DNA of 64,000 nucleotides. Source: Hemiscyllium ocellatum. Taxonomy: Eukaryota. This document shows positions 13,796 to 26,653 of this stretch, in pieces (within the stretch, counting starts at the first letter, position 1; every line of letters starts with the position of its first letter). The stretch is from NCBI RefSeq assembly GCF_020745735.1, contig NW_026867509.1:1860001-1924000 (forward strand), in the 5' to 3' direction. A program made the position numbers and the translations under genes. The notes below the pieces were generated by a model that saw only the letters and a list, made by a program, of their open reading frames with translations, searched no databases and was not told the DNA's origin.

Positions 13796-14929
13796 CTTGA
13801 TTTCTCACTTGGTACTCTGCGGTGCAGGAAATTCTTTATGAGACCAGAAATACAGATCCCTGCCCCATTGCTTCGCTGATCCAATAAATGATAAGAATGG
13901 CACGGCGGCAGCAATTTCTCCAATAACACCGAAAGAACTGTGGATGCTGGAAATCCGAGACAAAACCTTACTTTGCTGGAAAAGCTCAGCAGGTCTGACA
14001 GCATCGGTGGAGCAAATTCAGAGTGAACACTCGGGTCTCAAGAAGGATCAGTCCCAAAACATTATCTCTGCATTCTATCCATAAAGGCTGGCAGACCTGC
14101 TGATCCTCCCAATCAATTTTCGTTTTCTTCTCCAAGAACACTTGCAGCTGCAATCGGAACTGGCAGAGTGTGAAAAATGGCACTGCCGTCTCCGGCCTGT
14201 GACTTGCTCTTAAAACATGAAAGCCATGACTTACCATGTTTCAATACGATACATCTCCATTTGTAGCTCCAGAGAGAACATATTTTATCCAGATTCAAGC
14301 CTAAGCGGGGCCATAAGATTTCCAAATACCTGCTCCACTTCTACCATCCTGGTTTGGAGAATGGCTAATGGTTCGGCTGGGCAGAGAATCAGCTAAATAA
14401 CATTCTGTCGATCTGCTGCTTAACACATGGATATTATCACTATTTAGACTTCTAATTCGGCGAAACGTTAAGGCTTTCCTGTTGGTTTAAATAAGGTCTG
14501 GAAAAGTTTGTTTGATATCTTTCATATCCGAAACAAAAATAATGGAATACGTTTTCACAGATCAGCATGAAACAATGTAGATTGAAATGGAGGATGGTGG
14601 TGTCGTGGTAATTTTCTTGCACCTGCAAAGCCAGAATCTTACGATAACTTTCTGTCAACAGACAGGCTTGGGGAATTTAAATTCAGTTGAAAAATTTTCA
14701 GGGCACTCAGATCGAGGGTAATTACGAAAGAACAACAAATTCTCCCTTTCCTAGTCAAACCCACGCCTCATGAAAGAATTCAGTAAAGTAAATCTCTCAC
14801 ATTGAAGATTTACATAGCCCATTAATGATCACCAAACATTTCTTTTTATTTGCAACTCATACAGTTTTAAACTTCTGTTTAAGCCGCAGACTGTATTATA
14901 AATAAGTTAAGTTCACTGTTAATGGCACT

Positions 14930-16285
14930 ATGTTCAAACAGATATCTGTGGCAAATGTTGAAACACGTACTTGGAAAGGTAAGGTCTGATTAGCGATAGT
15001 TAATATGGCTTTGTGCATGGGAAATCATGTCTCACAAACTTGATTGAGTTTTTGAAAAAGCAACACAGAGGATTGTTGAAGGCAAAACAGTGAGCTATCT
15101 GGACTTCAGTCAGGCACTCGACAAAGCTCTGCATGGAAGACTGATGAGCAAAGTTAGATCTCATGGAATACATGGAGAACTAGCCATTTGGATACAGAAC
15201 TGACTCAAAGGTAGAAGACAGAGGGTGGTGGGTGGAGCGTTGTTTTTCAGACTGGAGGCCTGTAACCAGTGGAGTGCTGCAAGGATCGGTGCTGGCTCCA
15301 CTACTTTTCATCATTTATATAAATGATTGGAATGTGAGCATAAGAAGTATAATTAGTAAGTTTGAAGATTACACCAAAATTGGGGGTGTAGTGGACAGCG
15401 AAGAAGTGAATCTCAGATTTCAATGGGAATCTTCATCAGATAGGCCAATGGGCTGAGAAGTGGCAGATGGAGTTTAATTCAGATAAATGCCAGGTGCTGC
15501 ATTTTGTGAAAGCAAATCTTAACAGGTCTTATACACTTAATGGTAAGGTCCCAGGGAGTGATGCTGAACAAAGAGACCTTGGAATATAGGTTCATATCTC
15601 ATTGAAAGTGGAGTCGAAGGTAGATAGGATAGTGAAGAATTCATTTGGTATGCTTTCCTCTATTAGTCAGAGTATTGAGTGCAGGATTTGGGATGTCATG
15701 TTGCGGCTGTATAGGACATTGGATAGGCAACTGTTGGAATATTGTGCAATTCTGGTCTCCCTGCTATAGGAAGGATGTTGTAAAACTTGAAAAGGTTCAG
15801 AAAAGATTTAGAAGAATGTTGTTGGGATGGAGGATTTGACCTACAGGGAGAGGCTGAAAAGGCTGGGTCTGTTTTACCTGGAGCTTTGGAGGCTGAGGGG
15901 TGACCTTTTCGAGGTTTACAAATTCATGTGGGGCATGGATAGGATAAATAGACAAAGTCTTTTCCCTGGGGTGGGGGAGTTCAGAGCTAGAGGGCAGAGA
16001 TTAGGGTGAGAGGGGAAAGATACAAAAGAGACTAAAGGGGAAACTTTTTCATGCAGAGGGTGGTACGTGTACGGAATGAGCTGCCAGAGGAACTGGTGGA
16101 GGCTGGTACAATTGCAACATTTAAAAGGCATTTGGGTGGATCGACAAATCGGAGGGGTTTGGAGGGATATGGTCCAGGTGCTGACAGGTGGGACTAGATT
16201 GTATTGGGATATCTAGTCGGCATAGACGAGTTGGACTGAAGTGTCTGAATCCGTGTTGTGCATCTCTATTAATATGACTCTGTAC
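14930..16285 (+). mobile_element. CR1 LINE, 5'-truncated
   Basis: RT pieces WRPVTSGVLQGSVLAPLLFIIYIND and FWSPCYRKDVVKLEKVQKRF, plus 3' tail. Confidence 0.92.
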
Positions 16286-16899
16286 ATTTCAATGAAAGAA
16301 GAAATTCTTCCTTATCTCTCTCTTAAATTGGCAACCCTTCATTCTGAGACTATGCGCTCTTGTCTTAAGTCTGCAATGAGTGGAACTTTCTCTCAGCATT
16401 TACCTGATCAACTCGATGGTCAGAGTACTAATCCCGGTTTAACCCCATTTGGCATTGGTTGGCAGATTGAAGAAAAGTAATTTCGTTTCCCCACTAGTTG
16501 CTTCGTGCCCATGAGGCAATTGTGTCTTTATGAAAATGTGGTATCGCCAAAAACGTTGGTTCTTATATTCTGACTTGGACTTTTATGAAGTACCATGAGA
16601 CACATGTTCTGGAAATCTAAAACGATGAGTCTACTGATGCTCCCTATAGACTTCAGTTTGCCTTCATTAAAAAAAAATAAGAGTCATTCATTAAATTTCC
16701 CTTTCAAGAAGCCATGCTGAATCTATTGTATTAGATTGTAATTTTCCAAATGAGCCACTATTTCTTACCAATCGATTCCAATGCGTGCTCAAAGTCGATA
16801 TGAGGCTAATCGCCCTGTAATTAGAGGTTTTGATTTTTGACTCCCTCGTTTTTTGAGTGAGGATGTCATATTGATCGTTTTCCGATTCTCTGGGAAACG

Positions 16900-17195
16900 C
16901 CCAGAGACAGCCTTGGGTGTCTTTTGAAAGACTCTGCCTCATTACCCTGGTTGCATCAACAACATGGCACTCAAATGATCTCTTTGAATCTTAAACAAAG
17001 AATCTTTCGCCGAAAAATTGATTTGAAAGCACAATCTCGTAAATATTGAACGGGTACTTTAACCAAATAAGCCACAACGTCGCCAGGCAGACTGGCCCCA
17101 TCCATGCATGTATAAATTTCCTCGATCACAGTCACTCTGCTTTTCTATTTCAAAGTTTCTCTGAGAATTCCAATCCCGTCCCATTCTTGCAAAAG
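16900..17195 (-). pseudogene. Possible V relic
   Basis: Acceptor ag|aa tgg as in the 49k family; frameshifted pieces WGQ/LPGDVVAYLVK and FGERFFV*DSKRSF resemble FR2 and FR3. No RSS recognised. Confidence 0.3.
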
Positions 17196-17844
17196 TGAAC
17201 AGTTCACAGCTGAAGAGTTTCTATTAAAAACGCAGAGGAAAGTACAATCTCCTATAATCCTCTTTAAAAGTGAAAGTTTCATTTGTTAAACAAACTGTTT
17301 GCTTTTGGGTAAACACATAAATGTGCCTTCGAATAGAAGTCACAGTTGCCTCTGTACATAAATTCAATCCCAATTAAGACAATTATTTCACAAAGAAAGT
17401 TAAAGACCTGCAATGCTGATGATCTGAAACCAAAGTAGCAACTTCTGGATAAACTCTGCATGTCTGGAAATATCTGGGGAAGAAGAGTTAACGTTTGGGC
17501 TCAAGAGGTATTTCGTCATGGCAAAACACCAGACTTGAAACGTTAACTCTACTTTGCCTCAGCAAAATTAGTGATACCTCTTGATCATAAACGAGGAAAA
17601 TGCCGTTAATGTAATTGCAACTTGCACTGGTTCCATTTTAGCTGAGGATAATTTAAGAACAAAATTGCTCGCCTTCAAGCAGACGTTTTCTGCTTTGTAG
17701 CAGTCACTTGTCGAGAGTCTGCTATTTCTCAATCACAGAAGATGCTTCCACAAGAATCAGCATCAATTGAATTATAGTGAAATGCTCCTTATGATATATA
17801 ATAAACGGTATAATGAATAATCGCGCTATAACGAACGCCAACGT

Positions 17845-19075
17845 GTGATTTTAGAGTCATAGGGTCGTAGAGATGTACAGCATGGAAACGGACCCTTTGG
17901 TCCAACCCGTGCAAGCCGACCAGATATCCCAACACAATCTAGTCCCACCTGCCAGCACCCGGTCAATATCCCTCCAAACCCTTCCTATTCATATACCCAT
18001 CCAAATGCCGCTTAAATGTTGCAATTTTACCAACCTGCAGCACATCCTCTGGCAGCTCATTCCATACATATACCACTTTCTGCGCGAAAATGTTGCCCCA
18101 TAGGTCTCTTTTATATCTTTCCCCTCTCACATTAAACCTATACGCTCTAGTTCTGCACTCCCCGATCCCAGGGAAAATACTTTGCCTATTTACCCTATCC
18201 ATGCCCCTCATAATTTTGTAAGCCTCTTTAAGGTCATCCCTCAGCCTCCAACGCTCCAGGGAAAACAGCCCCAGCCTGTTCAGTCTCTCCCTATACATCA
18301 AACCCTCCAAATCTGGCAACAGTTGTAAATATTTTCTGAACCCTTTCACGTTTCACAACATCTTTCTGATAGGAAGGAGACCAGAATTTCACGCAATATT
18401 CCAGCAGTGGCCTAACCAATTTCCGGTACAGTTACAACATGACCTCTCAACTCCTGTACTCAATACTCTGACCAATAAAGGAAAGCACACCAAACACCTT
18501 CTTCACTATCCTATCCATCTGCAACTCCACTTTCAAGGAGCTATGAACCTGCACTCCAAGGTCTCTTTGTTCAGCAACACTCCCTGGGACCTTGCCATTA
18601 AGTGCATAAGTCTGGCTAAGATTTGCTTTCCCAAAATGCAGCACCTGGCATTTATCTGAATTAAACTCCATCTGCCACTTCTCAGCCCATTGGCCCATCT
18701 GATCCAGATCGAGTTTACATTTCCAATTTTGTTGTCATCTGCAAACGTACTAACTGCACCTCTTATGCTCGCATCCAAATCATTTATGTAAATAACAAAA
18801 AGTACAGGACCCAGGACCGATCCTAGTGGCAGTCCACTGGTCACACGTCTCCAGTCAGAAAAACAACCCCTCACCACTACCCTATGTCTTCTACCTTTGA
18901 GGCAGTTCTGTATCCAAATGATTATTTCCCCCTATATTCGATGAAATCTAACCTTGCTAACCTGTCGCCCATGGGTAACTTTGTCGAACGCCTTACTGAA
19001 GTTCACATGGATCACAACTACTGCTCTACCCTCATCAATCCTCTTTGTTACTTCGTCAAAATTAAACAAGCGCCA
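17845..19075 (-). mobile_element. CR1 LINE, 5'-truncated
   Basis: ORFs 17963-18349, 18447-18698, 18533-18877 and 18932-19129 are CR1 RT pieces. Confidence 0.93.
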
Positions 19076-19090
19076 GAACAAGGCAAGCTG

Positions 19091-19162
19091 CGATCCCGCC
19101 AAGACTCGAACTTGGGTCACTGGATTCAAAGTTCTGAGTGCTAGCCATTAAACCACGGAATC
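19091..19162 (-). tRNA. tRNA-Gln(TTG) pseudogene
   Basis: Minus strand gattccgtggtttaatggctagcactcagaacTTGaatccagtgacccaagttcgagtcttggcgggatcg. Acceptor and T stems pair; the anticodon stem has 2 mismatches and the D stem 1. Confidence 0.8.
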
Positions 19163-21374
19163 GGCTGCGCTTGTGCTAAAGTAACAGCTTTGTCAGTTTG
19201 TCATTTCAAATGTGTTAGTCATAATCCGCCATTCTTATGTGAGATTGCAGTTATTCCCAGCTTAATTTCATACAAAATGATGCACTCAGCATATTGTGTG
19301 CATCACTGGTTTTAAACAATTACAAATGTACCTCTTCAACTTCGCTGTGGGGAGCTCAAATGTCACTGCAAAGATAAGTTATGATGAACATTCCAAACTG
19401 AAAGCAGAACAAAGTGAATTATTTCTCGTCATGCCGCGGAGATCCCAGACTGAAATAACTGAAGGTGAGGCATTCAGTCTCATTCCTGCCCTGGTCTCCG
19501 GTCCATTGAATGCTGTCCTTCTGATATCAGGATGTGGAGAATAAATGAGCGGGGAGCTCTTGGATAGCACCTGCTTACTGAGTCAGCAATCAGCTAGCAG
19601 AAACTCTGGATCCTGCTCAATATTAAATGATTTTTTGAATTCAACAATTTCAAGGTCAGTTTGTTTTGTACATATTCGTATGCACAGCGGACAAAAATGA
19701 CTTTTACTTTAAAATCATAATTTACAAAAACATCTCTCATAACTGGTAATACTTGCTAAAATGTACACACTGTTCCACGTAAAGACATCGCTAACATTGT
19801 TTTAGATATGCATTCTTTCTATTTCAACTCTGTTCCGTTGTCAGGTGATAATAGGTGCCGTTCCATAATAATGACGTTACTAAATTTCTGGAGGTCGTGG
19901 CCCGGAAATCTCGGTCTCTCAGGAATCGGTTTCAGCAATGACGTTTCAAGACTATGAGATGATCATTAGTTACAGTCATTCGACCACTGCTGTTACTACA
20001 TAAACGTGACAAAACACTCGTCAGGTTCGATATAAAGTACCGACATTCTTCTTCTGCTCTTTTATCAGACCAGAGGCTTTTGGAGGAGGGCTTGAAATTC
20101 TGCTCATATTGACCACGTGTAACATCAGCGAAATTTCATTATCCAATATTTGTGGCTGACTGAAACCGTGATGTATTAATGAAAGACACAGGGTTGGAAC
20201 AGAGTAAGCTGAATAGCTAAAAGACTGTGAAGAGATGTACATTGATTGCCAGCACTTTACAAAGTAATTTCAATCGTACCATATCTGTACATGACTGCTC
20301 CCATCAGCTCAGAATTAACGAGTGAGCTTTGAGATGCAAATTAACTCCATACTGAGGAATAGGCTGGAAAAATTGTGTTCAGTTATTCATGCTTCCTTAA
20401 AATGAACGTGAGATGTCCGGGTTTTCCTGATAATTCGTATCTTTTCCCATCTCAATTTGCATTTTTTTAACATAGAATGAGACCTGAAAATCTTTGCCTG
20501 TTGCATCCACATAGAAATTTCTCAGAGTCACCACTTTGCAAACTCTGACTGACTCGTGATGGTGCATAAAAAAGGAACCTCAATCTAATTTCAACAACTG
20601 CGTTATTTCGCTGTGACTACTTATTACAGATCATTAAACAGACAAACCTGCTGGTCAACTCAGTTTGACCTTAACCTGAATCTCAAACCAGTTACAAATC
20701 AAGTTAGTTCTACATTCAGTGAGTTTTAAAATTGTCTCTATGGTCAGTTAGTGACAAGCTACCTGTGTTCACTACTTATTTTTTACACATCAGAACGCAT
20801 CATTGATGTTGTCTCTTCTTTAACATAAACATTGACGCCGTCAGAACCAGTTGATCCTATCACTTTATACAAAGGAGTTGAAATCAAACAAAATGCAGCC
20901 AATGATGTCAGCTTTTTGTTGTCCGATGTTGTGGTGGTTTCTGAGGCACAGAAGCATTTCTCACATTCTGGAGCAGCGGTGATGTAGCCCTCCATTATCT
21001 GCCTGCTCTTGGTTGCTCCCACTGTTGCAAAGAATTAAATTTTGAAATAAAGATTTTAATTTCTCTAGGAATACATTTGACAAATATGGTACTTGCTTTC
21101 GGCAATTATTGGAGCTTAGTTGGAGCAGATGTGAGTTTTTGCATGCACTTTTTGTACCTATCTGACATGAGGAACGAAGATACACAAAATACAATGGAGA
21201 AGCGCGTTGTGGGGATGATGCTAGAATTGAGAGATTACAACTGTTATAAAACAACATGCACAGTCGTGTTCCTTCGTCTACTGTCGAGAAAACTAACAGG
21301 TAACTGGACTGGTATATTTACAATGGAGCAAAGATCTGAGGATTCGGACATGGGCAGGAATATTCCAAAGTTCG

Positions 21375-22684
21375 TGAAGGTTTGTAGCTCAGGTTGAGGT
21401 TTAGGGTGTAGGTTTGCTCGCTGAGCTCTAGGTTTGATATCCAGACGTTTCATTACCTGGATCGGTAACATCATCAGTGGCGACCTCCAATTGAAACGAG
21501 GCTGTTGCCTCCTGCTTTCTATTTATATTTTTGTCCTGGATGGGGTTTCTGGGGATTATGGTAAGTCATTTCCTGTTCGTTTTCTGAGGGGTTGATAGAT
21601 GGTATCGAGATCTATGTGTTTGTTGATGGCGTTGTGGTTGGAGTGCCTGGCCTCTCGGAATTCTCTGCCATTTCTTTGCTTAGTCTGCTCCAGGATAGAT
21701 GTGTTGTCCCAGTCGAAATGGTCGTTTTTTTTACCTCCGTGTGTAGGGCTAAGAGGGAGATATAGGGTCGTGTCTTTTTTCTGGCTAGCTGGTGTTCGTG
21801 TATCCTGGTGGCTAACTTTCTACGTGTTTGTCCTACGTAGTGCTTGCGACAGTCCTTGCATGGAATTTTGTAGAAGACGTTGGTTTCGTCCGTGGGTTGT
21901 ACAGGGTCTTTTAAGTAGTGTGAGGTAGCTCACCTCACACTGCAGCACAGACGAACTTCGGAAAACAAGTATTCAAGCAGAACGGATACTCAAAAAATAC
22001 AGTCCAGAGATTCCTCAAGAACAAACCACGACAAGCAGACCAAACACAGCCAGAAACCCTAACCACCTTACCATACATCAAAGAAGTTTCAAAAATGACA
22101 ACCAGACTACTGATACCCCACGGAATCCTAGTAGCACACAAACCCACCAACACTCTCAAACTAAAACTAACAAACTTAAAATACCCTGTACAACCCATGG
22201 ACAAAACCAACGACGTCTACAAAATTCCATGCAAGGACTGCCGCAAGCACTACGTAGGACAAACAGGAAGAAAGTTAGCCACCAGGATACACGAACACCA
22301 GCTAGCCACAAAAAGACACGACCCTCTTTCCCTCTAAGCCCCACACACAGAGGAAAAAAACGACCATTTCGACTGGGGCAACACATCTATCCTGGGACAG
22401 GCTAAGCAAAGACATGACAGAGAATTCTTAGAGGCCTGGCACTCCAACCACAAAACAATAAACAAACATAGATCTAGATACCATCTATCAACACCTCAGA
22501 AAACGAACAGGAAATGGCATCACAACAAACCCCAGGAACCCCATCCAGGACAAACATATAAATAGAAATCAGCAGACAACAGCTTCGCTTCATTTGGAGG
22601 TCGCCACTGATGATGCTACCTAGCCAGGTAATGAAACATCTGGATACCAAACCTACAACTCAGCGAGAAAACCAACACCCTAAA
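21375..22684. mobile_element. Penelope-like element (GIY-YIG 3' part) in inverted head-to-head arrangement
   Basis: ORF 22095-22337 has VYKIPCKDCRKHYVGQTGRKLATRIHEH (GIY-YIG). ~21400-21915 is an inverted copy of ~22180-22684. Confidence 0.9.
21441..21480 (-). ncRNA. Minimal type I hammerhead ribozyme motif in Penelope pseudo-LTR
   Basis: Minus strand cca-CTGATGA-t-gttacc-gatcca-ggtaat-GAA-acgt-C-tgg: catalytic core, 6-bp stem II, palindromic ACGT helix III, GUC cleavage triplet. Confidence 0.7.
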
Positions 22685-22969
22685 GTAATATTCCACATGA
22701 GACGGATTACAGATCTATAATTTTAAATGAACAAACTTATGTGACACAGACCAGTCCAATTATGATTTCAAGAGAAGTGTTTAGCCACAGAACAGGTTGA
22801 AATGTGCTTGTCTTCCCGACAAGAAGTACTTGGAGGAAATAGCAGTGATCTATTTGAAAGGAAACCAGATGAATTGCAGATGAAACGGATGAAATAGTTC
22901 CCGATAGCATGAGTGGAAGGTATAAGAAAGATGCCAGTGTTTAAACATGGTCATGGGCCTGACGAGAGA

Positions 22970-23371
22970 ATGAGTTCTTTTTTTGTGCTCTTGGTTCTAT
23001 TTTAAGGAAGTGCTGCGAATTTGGTTGAGGTCACTCGAACATTAAGAACCGATTTCTGCTTTCTCTCACCTTTTGTTCCAGATTTGAACGAAGCAGATTC
23101 TGTAACCCAGCGGCAGATCTCGCTCACACAGACAGAGGGATAAGAAATCTCTTTAAACTGCACCTACTGGTAATGATTATTAGTTGTTCTAGCACCCAGG
23201 CAGATGGCGCGACTTCACAATCCAGAGGCACACGAGCAGTGCTGCTGAAAATGTGGCGGTTTTCGCTCGAAACTGCTTTTCTGATACAGTCCAGCAGACA
23301 GAGACGTTCTGATTCACCATCTCAAAGCTGGTGCTGTCTGACACCGCGGTTTCTTACTGTGCAACGAGCCT
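22970..23371 (+). pseudogene. TCR V pseudogene in opposite orientation to the array
   Basis: Leader remnant MSSFFVLLVLF* at 22970. V exon 23082-23371 reads DLNEADSVTQRQISLTQTEG*EISLNCTY ... FTISKLVLSDTAVSYCATS with stops and a frameshift. Heptamer CACACTG at 23372-23378; nonamer degenerate. Confidence 0.88.
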
Positions 23372-23879
23372 CACACTGTTGTGAATGAGTGAGTCTCATG
23401 CAATGTCTACTGCAGTCTCTGGGGAACAGCTGTTAACTGTTGAGGGCTGTTTATCACAGCGGTTGCATCGTGACATTTAGTTACATTCCTATGAGCTAAT
23501 GTTTGGCGACAATCTGTTGAAAAACACTCCAATATCGCTCATATGGAATAATAATTTTGATTATTGATCTGAATGTGAGACGGTCCTAACTGGCTGCTGT
23601 GTATTTGGCGAGCTGTGGATTTCACTGTTGACTTTCACTTAGAATACAATCTCTGAGACTGGCTTGTCACTAACTGAACCTTCGATGGAGAAAGACTGGA
23701 ATGTAATCTATCAAATGTATGAAATACCAGGATGTAGTATGGACAGCAGTCGGCCAGGTGAGGAGACTCTGGATCATCAGGCGAACCTGATCGGGCATAT
23801 CTCAATATTGAAGAATACATTTTAAAGATTGAAAACTCACAATAATATGCATTAGAAACTGAAGATTTTCAGGATACGA

Positions 23880-24360
23880 TGTAAAGGTAAGTAGCGAAAG
23901 TATCAGCAGAAAAGGTTTACAAGAATGTGAGGTACAAGGAGAGGTTGGTTAGGCTGATACACTTTTCCCCTTGAAGATAGATGGCGGAAAGGCGAACATT
24001 TAGCGGTTTGTAAAATCATGAGGGACGTGTATAAGCTGAAAATCAAACTTATTTTCCCCTGGGTAGACGAGTTCAACTTGCAGAACATTCTTTTACGCTG
24101 AGAGAGGAAAGATTTGAGGGGACATGAGGGACATCGTTTTCATACAAAGGGTGATGTGTACATGCAAGTAATAGTCAAAAAAGTGGTAGGTGCAGGTGCA
24201 ATCACAAAACCTCAAAGACATTTAGGCAGACACAGGAATAGGAAAGATTTCGAAGGGTATGGACCAAATTCAGATGAACGTGACTACGTCACATTTGGAA
24301 AGATATTTGGTGGTGGACAACTTGGGCCGAATGACTTGTATCTTAGCTGCATAACTTCAT
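23880..24360 (+). mobile_element. CR1 3' fragment, old
   Basis: Degenerate ORF2 end and 3' tail. Confidence 0.65.
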
Positions 24361-24902
24361 GACTTATCTGTAAGAACAGGCATTCTGTGTGCTTGCAATA
24401 TTTGGTTGGAAACTCGACTCAATCAAAACATCTCATTGATAAAAAGATGAAAGTATTCATGTTATTGAATATCAGTCGAGGTTTTAGAAATTTGAACTCA
24501 TTGGTTAAGGCGTCTTATGAGCAAAATGTATTTTTTTAGTCCATCCCACGGTGCAATCCTGCTGCTTTGAAATATTCATTGCTGATTGAAAAACAAAATC
24601 ATGTCAGATATTTTGGGAAATTTTCTTTTCGCAAAGTTTTTAATCTATATAGCCAGAAAGGAAACATTCTCTAATCACCTCCATGGATTGTCAGAATGTA
24701 TTCGATATAAGAGGCAGAGGAAACCTGCCCCAGTGGTGGACTGTTTACTCTTAGGTTATGAAATATTTGGATATATTTTAATATTGTGGTTTTATTAGAA
24801 TAATATTTTGGAAATAAACGTTTCTCTGCAACCTTATGTTGACGCCCCTTTCCTTCTCTCTGCGCACCCACAATTCAGTGCAGCTTCGTTGCATTGTGAC
24901 AG

Positions 24903-24941
24903 AGTTTTTGTACGAAACTCCTTCTGGGTCCTGTCACTGTG
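24903..24941 (-). promoter_or_regulatory. 23-RSS (CACAGTG-23-ACAAAAACT)
   Basis: Heptamer 24935-24941, spacer 24912-24934, nonamer 24903-24911. Confidence 0.95.
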
Positions 24942-25330
24942 TCTTTCAGTCCGCAGTAATACACCGCGCTGTCAGCCAGCTGCAGGTCACCAATGGTGAA
25001 ATTTCCTTTGCTATTCGAAGTGTCCAGAGACAATGAAAATCGAGTCCCCACTCCGTCTGCTCTGAAAGGATCTCCATAGTTAAGGATGTATATCAAGAAC
25101 GTGAGAGCTTGTCCGTGGTACTGGCGATGCAGCTGTAAGGAATATGATGCGGATTTGGTCGAGTATCTGAAATGAATGGTCACTGAGTTTCCTTCGAATA
25201 CTTTTGTTGCAGTCAGCTCTTGTGAAATTCAGTCTGCACAATTAACACCTGAAACAAAATTGAAAAATTAAGTTTCACATTTACGTTTTAACCAAATAAT
25301 GTCAACAAGAAGCGAAAATACATCGCACAT
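24942..25330 (-). pseudogene. TCR alpha/delta V pseudogene
   Basis: V exon 25248-24942 reads GVNCAD*ISQELTATKVFEGNSVTIHFRY...LQLHRQ...DSAVYYCGLKD. In-frame TGA at 25229-25231, Cys23 changed to Phe, Trp41 lost. Probable leader at ~25285-25330. Confidence 0.92.
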
Positions 25331-26178
25331 AGAGAGGAAACAGTAGCGACATGGAAGGTCACCATGTATTGACATTATCAATTATCAGCAACATTTTCAA
25401 CTTCTTGTACATACCAGTTAAGAATGCTGCACATGTCATCAATGCATAATACGTAACACGCAACATGTTTGCCAAACAAATGGGGAGTTTGAACAGTGGG
25501 AACTGGACCTGAATTATCTCTGCTCTGTGGGGGGAATTGAACACTCCGAAATGAAGTTAAGGGATTCAACGGTTGATATTCTGTCATATCCGGTCTTACT
25601 GCCGATTGGTTCTTTCACATAAGCGTCGCCAGGCAGCATCCAGTAAGCTCAAGGCATTTCGTTATCCTGTTTTGATGTCAGAGAACTGTTCAGCAACACT
25701 TCGAATGTGCTCCACGACTTAATTAGACCATGATTCGCCACCAAGCATTCATTGCACAGCACAACTCCCAAATATATATTTTTCTTCGACTAACCTATCA
25801 AAATCATTGGGAAAGAAATTCAAAGACAGTGCAATGGCTCCCCTTCTGATGTACTGAATATAAGTAAAATAGGTATTTAACCTAATTATGGGCCTTTTAA
25901 CGGATACAGTCTTTAATCTCAATCATTGATGTGCGATAGCTTATCGTAACAGTGCCCTAGCTCGCCATTAAGAGTGTTGCTTGCCAAGGACAAACAACAC
26001 TTAAAACCAAACTAAGAAGGGATTTAGGGCAGAACACAAAAATGAAGTTCAGAAGGAAATCATTCACAATAGCTGACCTTTGTTGTTTGCATTTGAATGT
26101 ATTAAGAGCTTAAAATAGTGCTCATTGATCTGTTTGTGTGTGTGCATTGGGGGTGAGGTAGAGTATGATTGCGTTGTC

Positions 26179-26217
26179 GGTTTTTGTCCAGAGTTCCAGT
26201 GACTTCCTGTCAGTGTG
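26179..26217 (-). promoter_or_regulatory. 23-RSS (CACACTG-23-ACAAAAACC)
   Basis: Heptamer 26211-26217, 23-nt spacer, consensus nonamer 26179-26187. Confidence 0.93.
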
Positions 26218-26653
26218 TGGTCAACACACAGTTATATATTGCAGCGTAAGAGACTCGAGCAGAAGCGATCTTTGAAGAACATGCTTTGTTTCCTTTTTCA
26301 AGAGTAGCAGAAATCCTGTGTGAGGAATCTGTAGACCGATCGCCCTGTTCCATGTCGAATCTTCCCAGTAAATATCTCGGAGTTTCCACAGGAACCTGAA
26401 TGGTCAATTTGGCTGATGATGTACTGTATTTTGTTGGGTAAATATATTTTAGAACCTATCTGGCCTTGCTGAAACGTTAGCTTAAGTATATTCAAGGAAA
26501 GCGAATCTAGGCAATACCTTCCTCTAAAAAAGCATAAGGTGTTAAACATCAGTCAATCAACTGATGAAATGCACTTTGGTTTAATTAACTCAGACTAACC
26601 AGTTAGCACAGCCATTATCATGAGCAGCAAGGCATATACGGAATATGTGGCAT
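26218..26653 (-). pseudogene. TCR alpha/delta V pseudogene
   Basis: Frameshifted leader 26653-26600 (...VYALLLMIMAVLT G|gt). V exon 26523-26218 has several stops in FR1; the 3' half is open: QVPVETPRYLL...RISATLEKGNK...YAAIYNCVLT. Confidence 0.88.

Noticed and set aside
19340-21260. Further V relics or exons at ~19.4, 20.1 and 20.9 kb
   Set aside because: Only isolated suggestive words (e.g. FISNLT); no consistent Cys/Trp spacing, leader or RSS
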